Shown here: positions 18,327 to 26,496 of the stretch, piece after piece
How positions within the stretch are numbered: position 1 is the first letter of the stretch
Layout: each line of letters opens with the position of its first letter
Source: Bacilli bacterium
GTDB lineage: Bacteria > Bacillota_I > Bacilli_A > RFN20 > CAG-826
Reading direction: 5' to 3'
Length of the DNA: 29,100 nt
Assembly: GCA_041668145.1 (NCBI GenBank)
Contig: JBAYDQ010000001.1
Span: forward strand, 1-29,100
Notes under the pieces: model-generated
The model's database searches: none
What the model was told of the DNA's origin: nothing
What the model saw: the letters and a program-made list of their open reading frames with translations, nothing else
Made by a program: the position numbers and the translations under genes

Positions 18327-18470
18327 TTAAGCGCCGTCAATGTCGGTATCACAAATAGGCGGTTTTTTATCATTGCGGTATTGATTTTCACGTTCATGAA
18401 ACATATCAATATCTTCACCGCTTAAATAACGATGTTTTCTTTTTTTGCTTTTATTTGTCTTAATATCCAT
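18327..18470 (-). CDS. Unlisted 47-aa ORF, possibly a small protein or a truncated remnant
   Basis: MDIKTNKSKKRKHRYLSGEDIDMFHERENQYRNDKKPPICDTDIDGA; its ATG directly follows the kinase TAA (TAAATG) and it fills most of an otherwise empty 195-bp gap. Confidence 0.5.
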   Translation of the reverse strand: MDIKTNKSKKRKHRYLSGEDIDMFHERENQYRNDKKPPICDTDIDGA

Positions 18471-20027
18471 TTAACGGTATTTTTTCCCAAAATGATAAAG
18501 GTCTTTATAGACATTTTTAAGTTGAGGATACATCTTCAAATATACTTTTTTATAGAGATATTCATATTGTTGATGAGCGACGGGGTTTGGCTCAAAAGTT
18601 CTTGATTTATGCGACATATTCTCAATTGCTTCTTCAACGGAAGAAAATTCACCTAAAGCTGTGAAAGCACAGATAGCCGCTCCTAAAGAAGTGGTTTCAT
18701 ATGTTTGAACGCGAGAAACAGGAAGGCCAAAAATGTCCGCAGTGATTTGGCAAATAGCTGAACTTTGAGATCCACCACCCGATATCATTAAATTTTTAAT
18801 GTGGTGCTTTTGCGATCTCTCAATACTGTCGAGACCTTCTCGCAAAGCATAGGCGATGCCTTCAATAATAGCGCGGTATAGATGTTCGCGAGTATGGACT
18901 TCAGAAAAACCAACAATTGAACCTTTAGAAAGTGGACGAGATAAACTCGGACCCCAATAGGGCTGCAAAACCAATCCATCGGAACCCGGAGCGATATCAG
19001 ATAGTTTTGAATTCAATAATTCTTCGACGGCTAAACTTTGTATCTTTGCTTCATCAACTAACTCAGAAGCAAATTCTTTGCTGAACCAAGTCAACATCCA
19101 ATAGCCACGATAGACCTGAACTTCCATATTGTAATAACCAGGAGTAGCGGCTGGATAAGCTGGCAAAAATTTCTCAGGTTCATAATAGTGTTTATTCGAA
19201 ACTTCTATCGAACAAGCCGTGCCATAAGAAACGGCGCCCGTATCACGAGAGAGAGCTCCTAAGCCAATCGTCTCACAAGCTTTGTCAGAACCGCTAGCAA
19301 TAACTTTAATACCATGTGGTAATCCACATTGATCAGCGAGAGCATTAGTGATAATTCCTAGCACTTCCCCTGGCTGTTTTAATTCGCATAACATGCGCTG
19401 AGGAATACCAAAAATACGCGATTTAAGCACTCCTTCTTTATACCATTTTCGCTTTGGAAAATTTATTGGATAATGCCCAGCCACACTGGCGGCGGAATCA
19501 CATAAATTTCCTGTCAATTTATAGGTTAAATATGAAGATATATTTACATATTTGCAAGTCTTTGACCAATTCTCTGGTTCATTTTCCTTAAGCCAATGAG
19601 CGATTGTTCTTTTTCGATTTAAATCAATCGTGTTTTTCATTCCGACAATCCAGAAAGCAAGTTTATGAGTAAATGGAATTTTTTCACTAGCTTTTGCCAT
19701 TCTTTGATCGAGCCAAAGTATACATTTTCTAACTGGTTTATATTCACTATCAAGTTGGACAGATGAATCGCGGAACGCCGTGATAGTTGATCCAATAATT
19801 GCCTCTAATTCATCATGATATTTAGAGGTTAATTCTTTCAAACAAGAAACAACATTTTCAAAATAAAAATCAGGGTCTTGCTCGGCATAGCCTTTTTCCG
19901 TAGAAATATACACTGGTTGATAAGGCTTTTTAACAATCGCAACAGTGTTTCCCTTTTTATCAATTAATGATGTGCGAACTGATTGAGTTCCAAAATCAAT
20001 ACTTAAGACAAGTGGTTCTTTTTTCAT
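18471..20027 (-). CDS. FGGY-family carbohydrate kinase, YgcE-like
   Basis: SIDFGTQSVR, ILWLDQR, GSDKACETIGLG, VSYGT, GSDGLVLQPYW, YRAIIEGIA, ISGGGSQS, QITADIFG, TTSLGAA. The SDK..E..G.G..S.GT pattern recalls E. coli YgcE. Confidence 0.9.
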   Translation of the reverse strand: MKKEPLVLSIDFGTQSVRTSLIDKKGNTVAIVKKPYQPVYISTEKGYAEQDPDFYFENVVSCLKELTSKYHDELEAIIGSTITAFRDSSVQLDSEYKPVRKCILWLDQRMAKASEKIPFTHKLAFWIVGMKNTIDLNRKRTIAHWLKENEPENWSKTCKYVNISSYLTYKLTGNLCDSAASVAGHYPINFPKRKWYKEGVLKSRIFGIPQRMLCELKQPGEVLGIITNALADQCGLPHGIKVIASGSDKACETIGLGALSRDTGAVSYGTACSIEVSNKHYYEPEKFLPAYPAATPGYYNMEVQVYRGYWMLTWFSKEFASELVDEAKIQSLAVEELLNSKLSDIAPGSDGLVLQPYWGPSLSRPLSKGSIVGFSEVHTREHLYRAIIEGIAYALREGLDSIERSQKHHIKNLMISGGGSQSSAICQITADIFGLPVSRVQTYETTSLGAAICAFTALGEFSSVEEAIENMSHKSRTFEPNPVAHQQYEYLYKKVYLKMYPQLKNVYKDLYHFGKKYR

Positions 20028-20071
20028 GATATTTTTACCTCACTAGATAATTTATCACTTGCATAGAGAAT

Positions 20072-20100
20072 ATTCTAATAAAAACATATTTTGATGTCCA
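20072..20100 (-). promoter_or_regulatory. Candidate sigma-A promoter of the FGGY kinase
   Basis: Minus strand TGGACA (20100-20095), 17 nt, TAGAAT (20077-20072); SD GAGGT downstream. Confidence 0.65.
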
Positions 20101-20143
20101 AAAGATTAAATTTATGTAAATTTATGGCGTTTTTACTTACCTA

Positions 20144-20154
20144 TGTGCTAGTAT
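20144..20154 (+). promoter_or_regulatory. Candidate extended -10 of ppdK
   Basis: TGTG-C-TAGTAT; the predicted start near 20161 coincides with the base of a leader hairpin; no good -35. Confidence 0.45.
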
Positions 20155-20210
20155 TGTATCGCTGGTGTGGTGCTATGCACTACACGTTCAGACCTATGAG
20201 GAGGAAAATT

Positions 20211-22850
20211 ATGGCTGAAAAGAAATATGTTTACGCCTTCGAAGATGCCCACGGATTGGGAAGAGAACTTCTTGGAGGCAAAGGCGCCGGCCTTGCTGAA
20301 ATGACACACATTGGTGTTCGCATTCCTGAAGGTTTTACTATCACTACTGAAGTTTGCGCTTTGTTCTATGAAAGTGGCAAAAAACTTCCAGAGTATATCG
20401 TCGAACAAATTTTCGAAGCAGTAAAAGTTATCGAAAAGAAAACCGGAAAAGTTTTTGGTGGATCACACAATCCCCTACTTGTTTCCGTACGTTCTGGCGC
20501 TCGCGCTAGTATGCCTGGTATGATGGACACCATCTTAAACCTTGGTTTAAATGATGAAACTGTCGCCGCTTTAGCAAAAGAGACTGGCAATGAAAGATTC
20601 GCAATGGACTCTTTCCGCCGTTTCATCTTGATGTTCACCAACATCGCTAAAGGACATTCACGTGAAGAAATGGACAAAATGCTAGCTGATCTTAAAGAAA
20701 AGAATGGTTACAAATTGGACACTGAAGTCACCACTGAACAATTAAAAGACTTAGTTACCCGTTATAAGGCTTATTACAAAAAAACATTTGGAGAAGATTT
20801 CCCATCTGATCCAAAAGAGCAATTATTAGTCGCCGTTTCCGCGGTATTTAAGAGCTGGGACAACCCACGTGCGAACGTTTATCGTATGATGAACAACATT
20901 CCCTATTCTTGGGGTACTGCTGTTAACGTTCAATCGATGGCTTTTGGTAATAAAGGCGAAACTTCTGGTACAGGCGTTGCGTTCTCACGTGATCCTGCCA
21001 CAGGCGAAAATAAAATTTCCGCTGAATATTTACCAAACGCTCAAGGCGAAGATGTCGTCGCTGGTATTCGCACTCCACTTCATATTGATGAATTAAAAGC
21101 GAGAATGCCAAAAGTCTACGATGAATTTGTTAAAACAATTAAAATCATGGAAAATCATTACCGTGATATGCAAGATATGGAATTCACTGTCGAAGATGGT
21201 GTCCTCTATTTCTTACAAACTCGTAACGGTAAGAGAACTCCAGCCGCTGCTTTAAAAATCGCTTGTGATTTAGTCGACGAAGGACTAATCAATGAAAAAG
21301 AGGCTGTTTGCCGAATCGATGCAATGTCTTTTGACAAGCTCTTGCTTCCTGGATTTGATAAGCAAGTTTTAAAAGAAACTACTCCTATCGCTAAAGGTTT
21401 AGCCGCTGGCCCAGGAGCGGGTACAGGCGCTATCGCCTTTACCGCTGAAGAAGCTGAGGCCAGAAAGAAAGCTGGCGAAAAAGTTATTTTAGTCCGTGCC
21501 GAGACTTCTCCTGAAGATATCGTTGGCATGGTCGCCGCTCAAGGCATTCTCACCATGCGTGGCGGTATGACATCACACGCTGCTGTCGTGGCTCGTGGTA
21601 TGGGCAAGTGCTGTGTGTGTGGATGTTCAGCCGCAATTGTTGATGAGCACGCTCGCACCGTCACTATCGGCGACAAGGTCTACACTGATAAAGATGTGAT
21701 TTCCGTTGATGGAAATACTGGAAATGTCTATTTCGGATCCATTAAAACCGTTGAACCAGATTTAACTGCTGGTTATTTCGGAAGATTAATGAGTTGGGTT
21801 GATGAATATCGTGATTTAAAGGTTCGTACAAACGCCGATACTCCACTAGATGCCAAACAAGCCAAAATTTTTGGCGCTCAAGGTATTGGTCTCTGCCGTA
21901 CTGAACATATGTTCTTCGCCAAAGACAGAATCTTCTCAATGCGAAAAATGATTCTTGCTGATACTGTTGAAGAGCGCGAAGCGGCTTTAGCCGAAATCGA
22001 ACCAATGCAACAAAGCGATTTTGAATCTCTTTACGAAGTTATGGGCGATTTCAATGTTAACGTCCGTCTCTTAGATCCACCACTCCATGAATTCTTACCA
22101 CAAGAAGAAGGTTTAATTGAAGAACTTGCTCTTGCAACCAAGAAAACTGTTCAACAAGTTAAGGATCGTATCGCTGAACTCCACGAAGCTAACCCAATGA
22201 TGGGTCATCGTGGTTGCCGTTTAGCGGTTACCTATCCTGAAATTTGTAGAATGCAAACTTCCGCCATTATTAAGGCCGCCATTAATGTCAGCAAAAAGAC
22301 TGGCAAATTAGTAGAGCCAGAAATCATGGTCCCGCTCATTCTTGAAGAAAAAGAACTCAAATTTGTTAAGAACATTATTTGCCAAGTCGCGGATGAATTA
22401 ATTGCTACTTCGGGATTAAATATGAAATACCACGTTGGTACAATGATTGAAATTCCACGAGCGGCCTTATTATCCGATGAAATTGCTAAAGAAGCTGAAT
22501 TCTTCTCCTTTGGTACTAATGACTTAACTCAAATGACATTCGGTTTCTCTCGTGATGATGCTGGTAAATTCTTACCTGCTTATTACGAAAATAAAATTCT
22601 CGAAGAAGATCCATTTAAAACTCTCGATCAAAATGGTGTCGGTAAATTAATTACTCTTTCTGTTAAACTCGGAAGAGCGACGAGACCAAATCTCCATATT
22701 GGTGTCTGTGGTGAAACTGGTGGAGATCCAAAATCCATCGAATTCTATCACAAAGTTGGCTTGGATTATGTCTCCTGTTCACCATTCCGTGTTCCAGTGG
22801 CAAGATTAGCAGCTGCTCAAGCGGCTATTCTCTTCCCAAGAAAAAAATAA
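20211..22850 (+). CDS. ppdK: Pyruvate, phosphate dikinase
   Basis: LLGGKGAGLAEM, VSVRSGARASMPGMMDT, phospho-His motif GGMTSHAAVVARG, GIGLCRTEHMF, SFGTNDLTQ, VCGETGG. Start moved to ATG 20211 (SD GAGGAGG). Confidence 0.99.
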   Translation: MAEKKYVYAFEDAHGLGRELLGGKGAGLAEMTHIGVRIPEGFTITTEVCALFYESGKKLPEYIVEQIFEAVKVIEKKTGKVFGGSHNPLLVSVRSGARASMPGMMDTILNLGLNDETVAALAKETGNERFAMDSFRRFILMFTNIAKGHSREEMDKMLADLKEKNGYKLDTEVTTEQLKDLVTRYKAYYKKTFGEDFPSDPKEQLLVAVSAVFKSWDNPRANVYRMMNNIPYSWGTAVNVQSMAFGNKGETSGTGVAFSRDPATGENKISAEYLPNAQGEDVVAGIRTPLHIDELKARMPKVYDEFVKTIKIMENHYRDMQDMEFTVEDGVLYFLQTRNGKRTPAAALKIACDLVDEGLINEKEAVCRIDAMSFDKLLLPGFDKQVLKETTPIAKGLAAGPGAGTGAIAFTAEEAEARKKAGEKVILVRAETSPEDIVGMVAAQGILTMRGGMTSHAAVVARGMGKCCVCGCSAAIVDEHARTVTIGDKVYTDKDVISVDGNTGNVYFGSIKTVEPDLTAGYFGRLMSWVDEYRDLKVRTNADTPLDAKQAKIFGAQGIGLCRTEHMFFAKDRIFSMRKMILADTVEEREAALAEIEPMQQSDFESLYEVMGDFNVNVRLLDPPLHEFLPQEEGLIEELALATKKTVQQVKDRIAELHEANPMMGHRGCRLAVTYPEICRMQTSAIIKAAINVSKKTGKLVEPEIMVPLILEEKELKFVKNIICQVADELIATSGLNMKYHVGTMIEIPRAALLSDEIAKEAEFFSFGTNDLTQMTFGFSRDDAGKFLPAYYENKILEEDPFKTLDQNGVGKLITLSVKLGRATRPNLHIGVCGETGGDPKSIEFYHKVGLDYVSCSPFRVPVARLAAAQAAILFPRKK

Positions 22851-22870
22851 TCTTTGCAATTATTTAAAAC

Positions 22871-22898
22871 AAAAAGCTCAATCCGTTGAGCTTTTTTT
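22871..22898. terminator. Bidirectional intrinsic terminator between ppdK and the ROK kinase
   Basis: AAAAAGCTCAA-TCCG-TTGAGCTTTTTTT. Confidence 0.9.
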
Positions 22899-22924
22899 AT
22901 TACATAAAATTAATAATAAATTAC

Positions 22925-23857
22925 CTATTGTTTAAAGAATAATGAAGCAGCGCCAATAACGCCAGCGTTGTAACCCAATTTCCCGACCAATATTTGAACT
23001 TCGGGAGAACGAGGAAAACCATAAGATCTTTCCGCACAATAATTTTTAAGACGTGAAGTAAGATAACCACCTTCTTTGGAAATTCCTCCACAGAGGATAA
23101 CCGCATCAGGACGGAAAATATTACATAAATTAAGAATGCCTTCTCCTAAATAATGGACATAATTTCTCACTACTTCTTGAGCGAAACGATCGCCGATTTT
23201 AGCCGCTGAAAACGCCACTCTTCCATCAACTTCTTCAAGAGAGGAAGCAAATTTCCACATTAACGAATCTTCATGTTCTTTCATCATCGCTTTTGTATCA
23301 GCGATTAACGCCGTCGCTGAAGCATATGTCTCAAGACAACCATGGCGTCCGCATCCGCAAGGCCGACCATCCATTTGAATAATCATATGACCAATTTCGG
23401 CACCCTTACCCTCATTGCCTTCAAATAATTTGCCATTAAGAACTAAGCCTCCGCCGACACCTGTCCCTAAAGTAAGGACTACCATATTCTGAAATTGCTT
23501 TCCAACTCCAAAAGTTGCTTCACCTGAGGCGGCAGCGTTAGCATCGTTAGTCACATGAACAGGAAGAGGAATCTCTTTTTCAATTAACTCTTTGATTTTA
23601 ATATTTGTCCATCCGATATTTGGCGCAAATTCGACAACACCCGTTTCAGAATCAACCGTTCCGGGGCAACCGATGCCAATACCAAGGACGCTTGGATAAT
23701 TTATCTTTTTAATTTCCGTGACAAGTTTGGCAATTGTAACTTCTGGTTCCTCGCCTTTTTCTACTGTCATCGTAAAAAAATCAAGCAAATCGCCTTTTGG
23801 GGTAACAACCGCCCCTTTAATATAGGTACCACCAATATCAATTCCAATTGCATTCAT
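22925..23857 (-). CDS. ROK-family sugar kinase (glucokinase-like, no HTH domain)
   Basis: IGIDIGGT, GIGCPG, NDANAAA, TLGTGVGGG, GAEIGH, Zn motif CGCGRHGCLETYAS. Confidence 0.93.
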   Translation of the reverse strand: MNAIGIDIGGTYIKGAVVTPKGDLLDFFTMTVEKGEEPEVTIAKLVTEIKKINYPSVLGIGIGCPGTVDSETGVVEFAPNIGWTNIKIKELIEKEIPLPVHVTNDANAAASGEATFGVGKQFQNMVVLTLGTGVGGGLVLNGKLFEGNEGKGAEIGHMIIQMDGRPCGCGRHGCLETYASATALIADTKAMMKEHEDSLMWKFASSLEEVDGRVAFSAAKIGDRFAQEVVRNYVHYLGEGILNLCNIFRPDAVILCGGISKEGGYLTSRLKNYCAERSYGFPRSPEVQILVGKLGYNAGVIGAASLFFKQ

Positions 23858-23889
23858 TTTAAAATCCTCATAAATCTCAATTATTTTAT

Positions 23890-24147
23890 TTATTTTCTCG
23901 CTGAAATAATTGACTTATTGAAAACAAAATTATTGTCTCCGTCGATATATCCCACTTCTTTTCCGTTGATAATGATTGAACTATCATCATCGATAAAACC
24001 TATTTCTTTGTCACCGAATGAAATAACTCCATCATCAGTAATAGAGGCAAATTTATTGCCGTTGATAAATAATTCATTTCGGCCAATATAGCCAACGAGC
24101 TCTTGATCAATGTAGATATTTCTGCCAAAGCATTCAATAATAAGCAT
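23890..24147 (-). CDS. 85-aa acidic, Gly-rich protein with four ~16-aa beta-hairpin repeats (beta-flower-like)
   Basis: Repeats GRNIYIDQELVGYIG / RNELFINGNKFASITD / DGVISFGDKEIGFIDD / DSSIIINGKEVGYIDG; the start overlaps the glmU stop (TAATG). The ORF looks real; the fold call is inference. Confidence 0.75.
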   Translation of the reverse strand: MLIIECFGRNIYIDQELVGYIGRNELFINGNKFASITDDGVISFGDKEIGFIDDDSSIIINGKEVGYIDGDNNFVFNKSIISARK

Positions 24148-25556
24148 TATTTTTTCGATGCTTCCTTTTTGGCTTTTGCTTTATTCATAAAAGTTGTGTA
24201 ACCATGTTCAATTTCAACTTGGCGCGCTCTTGCAATAACCAGTGAGTCAGTTTTTACATCCTTTGTAATTGTTGATCCTGCCGCTGTAAAAGAAGCATCC
24301 TCAACTTTTATGGGAGCCACAAGAATAGTTCCGCTCCCAAGAAAAACGTTTTTCCCAATATCACAACGAGTTTTGTTGTATCCATCATAATTGGCAGTGA
24401 TTGTTCCACAGCCAATATTGGTTTTTTCTCCAACTTCTGAATCGCCAATATAAGTCAGGTGAGCAGATTTAACTCCATCCTTAAAAATGGCGTTTTTCAA
24501 TTCGACAAAATTTCCCACTCGGCAATAATTGCCGATAATGGTTCCAGCACGCATTTTTGTGAAAGGACCAATTTCATTGAAATTTCCAATCTCGGTATCA
24601 GAAATCCAAGATGATTGAATGAGATTATCGTCTCCGACTGTCACATGATTTAAATATGTATTAGGACCAATTGTGTTGGCTTCGCCAATTCGACATTTAC
24701 CAAAAATAGTCGTGTTAGGCATAATAATAGTATCGCGGCCAATTTGCACATCGGGAGAAATATAAGTTGAATCAGGATCTTCCATCGAAACTCCGGAAAG
24801 CATAAGTTTGTGATTGATTCTTTTGCGGATGACTTTTCCGGCATATGACAATTGAATTCGATCATTAATACCAAAAACTTCAACAGCATCTTCCACAACA
24901 TAAGCCCCAACTTTTTTGCCATTACGAATAAAAATTTCGACTAAATCCGTTAAATAATACTCTTTTTGAGCATTATTAGTTGTGAGTTGATCGATATATT
25001 CAAAAAGAGATTTATTGTCAAAAACATAAAGACCGGCATTTACTTCACGAATATCTTTTTCATATTCATTACAATCTTTCTCTTCTTTAATAGCTAAGAC
25101 ATGGTTGCTTTTTTCTTCTCGAATAATACGTCCATATCCTTTAGGGTTTTCTAAAACAGCAGTAACAATAGTTAATTTATTATTAATTTTCTCATGGACT
25201 TTAAAAATATTTTCAATAGATTCGGTCGTCACAAGAGGAGTGTCACCACATATAACCAGCGTTGAACCTTCTTTATCGCGTAATAAGTTTTTAGCTTGAA
25301 GAACGGCGTTTCCCGTTCCGCTTAAATCTTTTTGCCACACGACAGCAGCGCGATCCTCGACGAGAGATTTTGTTACATCTCCGCCAAAGCCCACGACAAC
25401 AACAATATTCTTCATTTCAAGAGGAATAATGGCGTCAAGAACATAGTTGACCAAAGCTTTTCCTAAAATGGGATAAGAAACTTTGGAATGTTGAGGATCA
25501 CGAGATTTCATTCTCGTTCCTTTCCCCGCGGCTAATACGACAGCATATTTATCCAT
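24147..25556 (-). CDS. glmU: Bifunctional UDP-GlcNAc pyrophosphorylase / glucosamine-1-P acetyltransferase
   Basis: LAAGKGTRMKS, ICGDTPL, GYGRIIR, EYYLTD, hexapeptide repeats, GNFVELK, AHLTYIGD, NIGCGTITANYDG; SD GGAGGA. Confidence 0.98.
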   Translation of the reverse strand: MDKYAVVLAAGKGTRMKSRDPQHSKVSYPILGKALVNYVLDAIIPLEMKNIVVVVGFGGDVTKSLVEDRAAVVWQKDLSGTGNAVLQAKNLLRDKEGSTLVICGDTPLVTTESIENIFKVHEKINNKLTIVTAVLENPKGYGRIIREEKSNHVLAIKEEKDCNEYEKDIREVNAGLYVFDNKSLFEYIDQLTTNNAQKEYYLTDLVEIFIRNGKKVGAYVVEDAVEVFGINDRIQLSYAGKVIRKRINHKLMLSGVSMEDPDSTYISPDVQIGRDTIIMPNTTIFGKCRIGEANTIGPNTYLNHVTVGDDNLIQSSWISDTEIGNFNEIGPFTKMRAGTIIGNYCRVGNFVELKNAIFKDGVKSAHLTYIGDSEVGEKTNIGCGTITANYDGYNKTRCDIGKNVFLGSGTILVAPIKVEDASFTAAGSTITKDVKTDSLVIARARQVEIEHGYTTFMNKAKAKKEASKK

Positions 25557-25565
25557 AAAATCCTC

Positions 25566-26420
25566 CTATTTAATAATACTAGTAACTTCAACAAGATACC
25601 TATCTTCTAATTTTCTTGCTGTTGATTTGATGAGAGCTAAATTAGTGCTAAGAGCAAAAACGGCACTCCCTGATCCAGTCATTGAAACAATAGAAAATCC
25701 TGCTTTAATTAATGTTTCTTTGATAATTTTAATTTCCGGAACCAGTTTTATAGCAGGCTCTTCTAAAGAATTGACGATTGATTGAGCAAGGAGTTGATCA
25801 TCGCCTTCTGCCAATGCTTTAACAACATCATCAACATTCCCAGTCGATAAAGTCATTGTATCAGATAATTCAAAAACATCCTTCGTTGAACATCCTTCGT
25901 TTGGCTTAACAATTAAAACCGAATAATTATTTTTAATAATAATATTTTCAAAATCGTCACCAGTTCCGTGACAACGAGCTGGTTTACAAGAAATAAAAAA
26001 TGGAACATCCGAGCCTAATTGTTTGGCAATTTCAATTAATTCATTTTCTTTTGCGTTTAATCTCAAAATTTTATTGACACCTTTTAAGACAAAAGCGGCA
26101 TTAGAAGAACCACCTCCCAATCCAGCTTGCATAGGAATTGACTTATGAATCGAGACACGAAATCTGTTTTTAAGATGATATTTTTGCTCAATTAGAGTTA
26201 ATGCTGAAGAAGCAAGATTGTAATGGACATTACCATTAGAAAAATCATCAATTGTCACAAAATTATTAGTAGCATTTTTTAATTCACTTATTAATAAAGA
26301 ATCGTGAAGTTCAATTGGAACCATGATCATATCAAGATTGTGAAAACCATCTCCACGTCTCTCGTTAACATTCAGACATATATTAATTTTGGCATAACTG
26401 CGTACAACTAAATCTTTCAT
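25566..26420 (-). CDS. ispE: 4-diphosphocytidyl-2-C-methyl-D-erythritol kinase
   Basis: YAKINICL, KSIPMQAGLGGGSSNAA, LGSDVPFF, MTGSGS. Confidence 0.96.
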   Translation of the reverse strand: MKDLVVRSYAKINICLNVNERRGDGFHNLDMIMVPIELHDSLLISELKNATNNFVTIDDFSNGNVHYNLASSALTLIEQKYHLKNRFRVSIHKSIPMQAGLGGGSSNAAFVLKGVNKILRLNAKENELIEIAKQLGSDVPFFISCKPARCHGTGDDFENIIIKNNYSVLIVKPNEGCSTKDVFELSDTMTLSTGNVDDVVKALAEGDDQLLAQSIVNSLEEPAIKLVPEIKIIKETLIKAGFSIVSMTGSGSAVFALSTNLALIKSTARKLEDRYLVEVTSIIK

Positions 26421-26430
26421 AAACTTAATA

Positions 26431-26459
26431 ATTATAATTATTGGTCCTTAAATCAGCAA
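26431..26459 (-). promoter_or_regulatory. Candidate sigma-A promoter of ispE-glmU-repeat protein-ROK
   Basis: Minus strand TTGCTG (26459-26454), 17 nt, TATAAT (26436-26431); only 10 nt to the ispE ATG. Confidence 0.65.
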
Positions 26460-26496
26460 CATATTTTCATGAATTCAAAATAAGTACAAATTGCTC

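Noticed and set aside
14933-20027. Kinase-sORF-DUF3737-GrpB-DegV-RimK as one operon or system
   Set aside because: Same strand, but candidate internal promoters precede DUF3737, grpB-like and rimK-like, a terminator follows degV, and the families share no evident pathway.
20091-20210. 40-aa N-terminal extension of PpdK in the ORF track
   Set aside because: It begins at a TTG upstream of the predicted promoter; ATG 20211 has a strong GAGGAGG SD.
20148-22005. Antisense ORFs within ppdK (86, 103, 62, 107 and 87 aa)
   Set aside because: Fully nested opposite a conserved gene, with no SD or motif; typical shadow frames.
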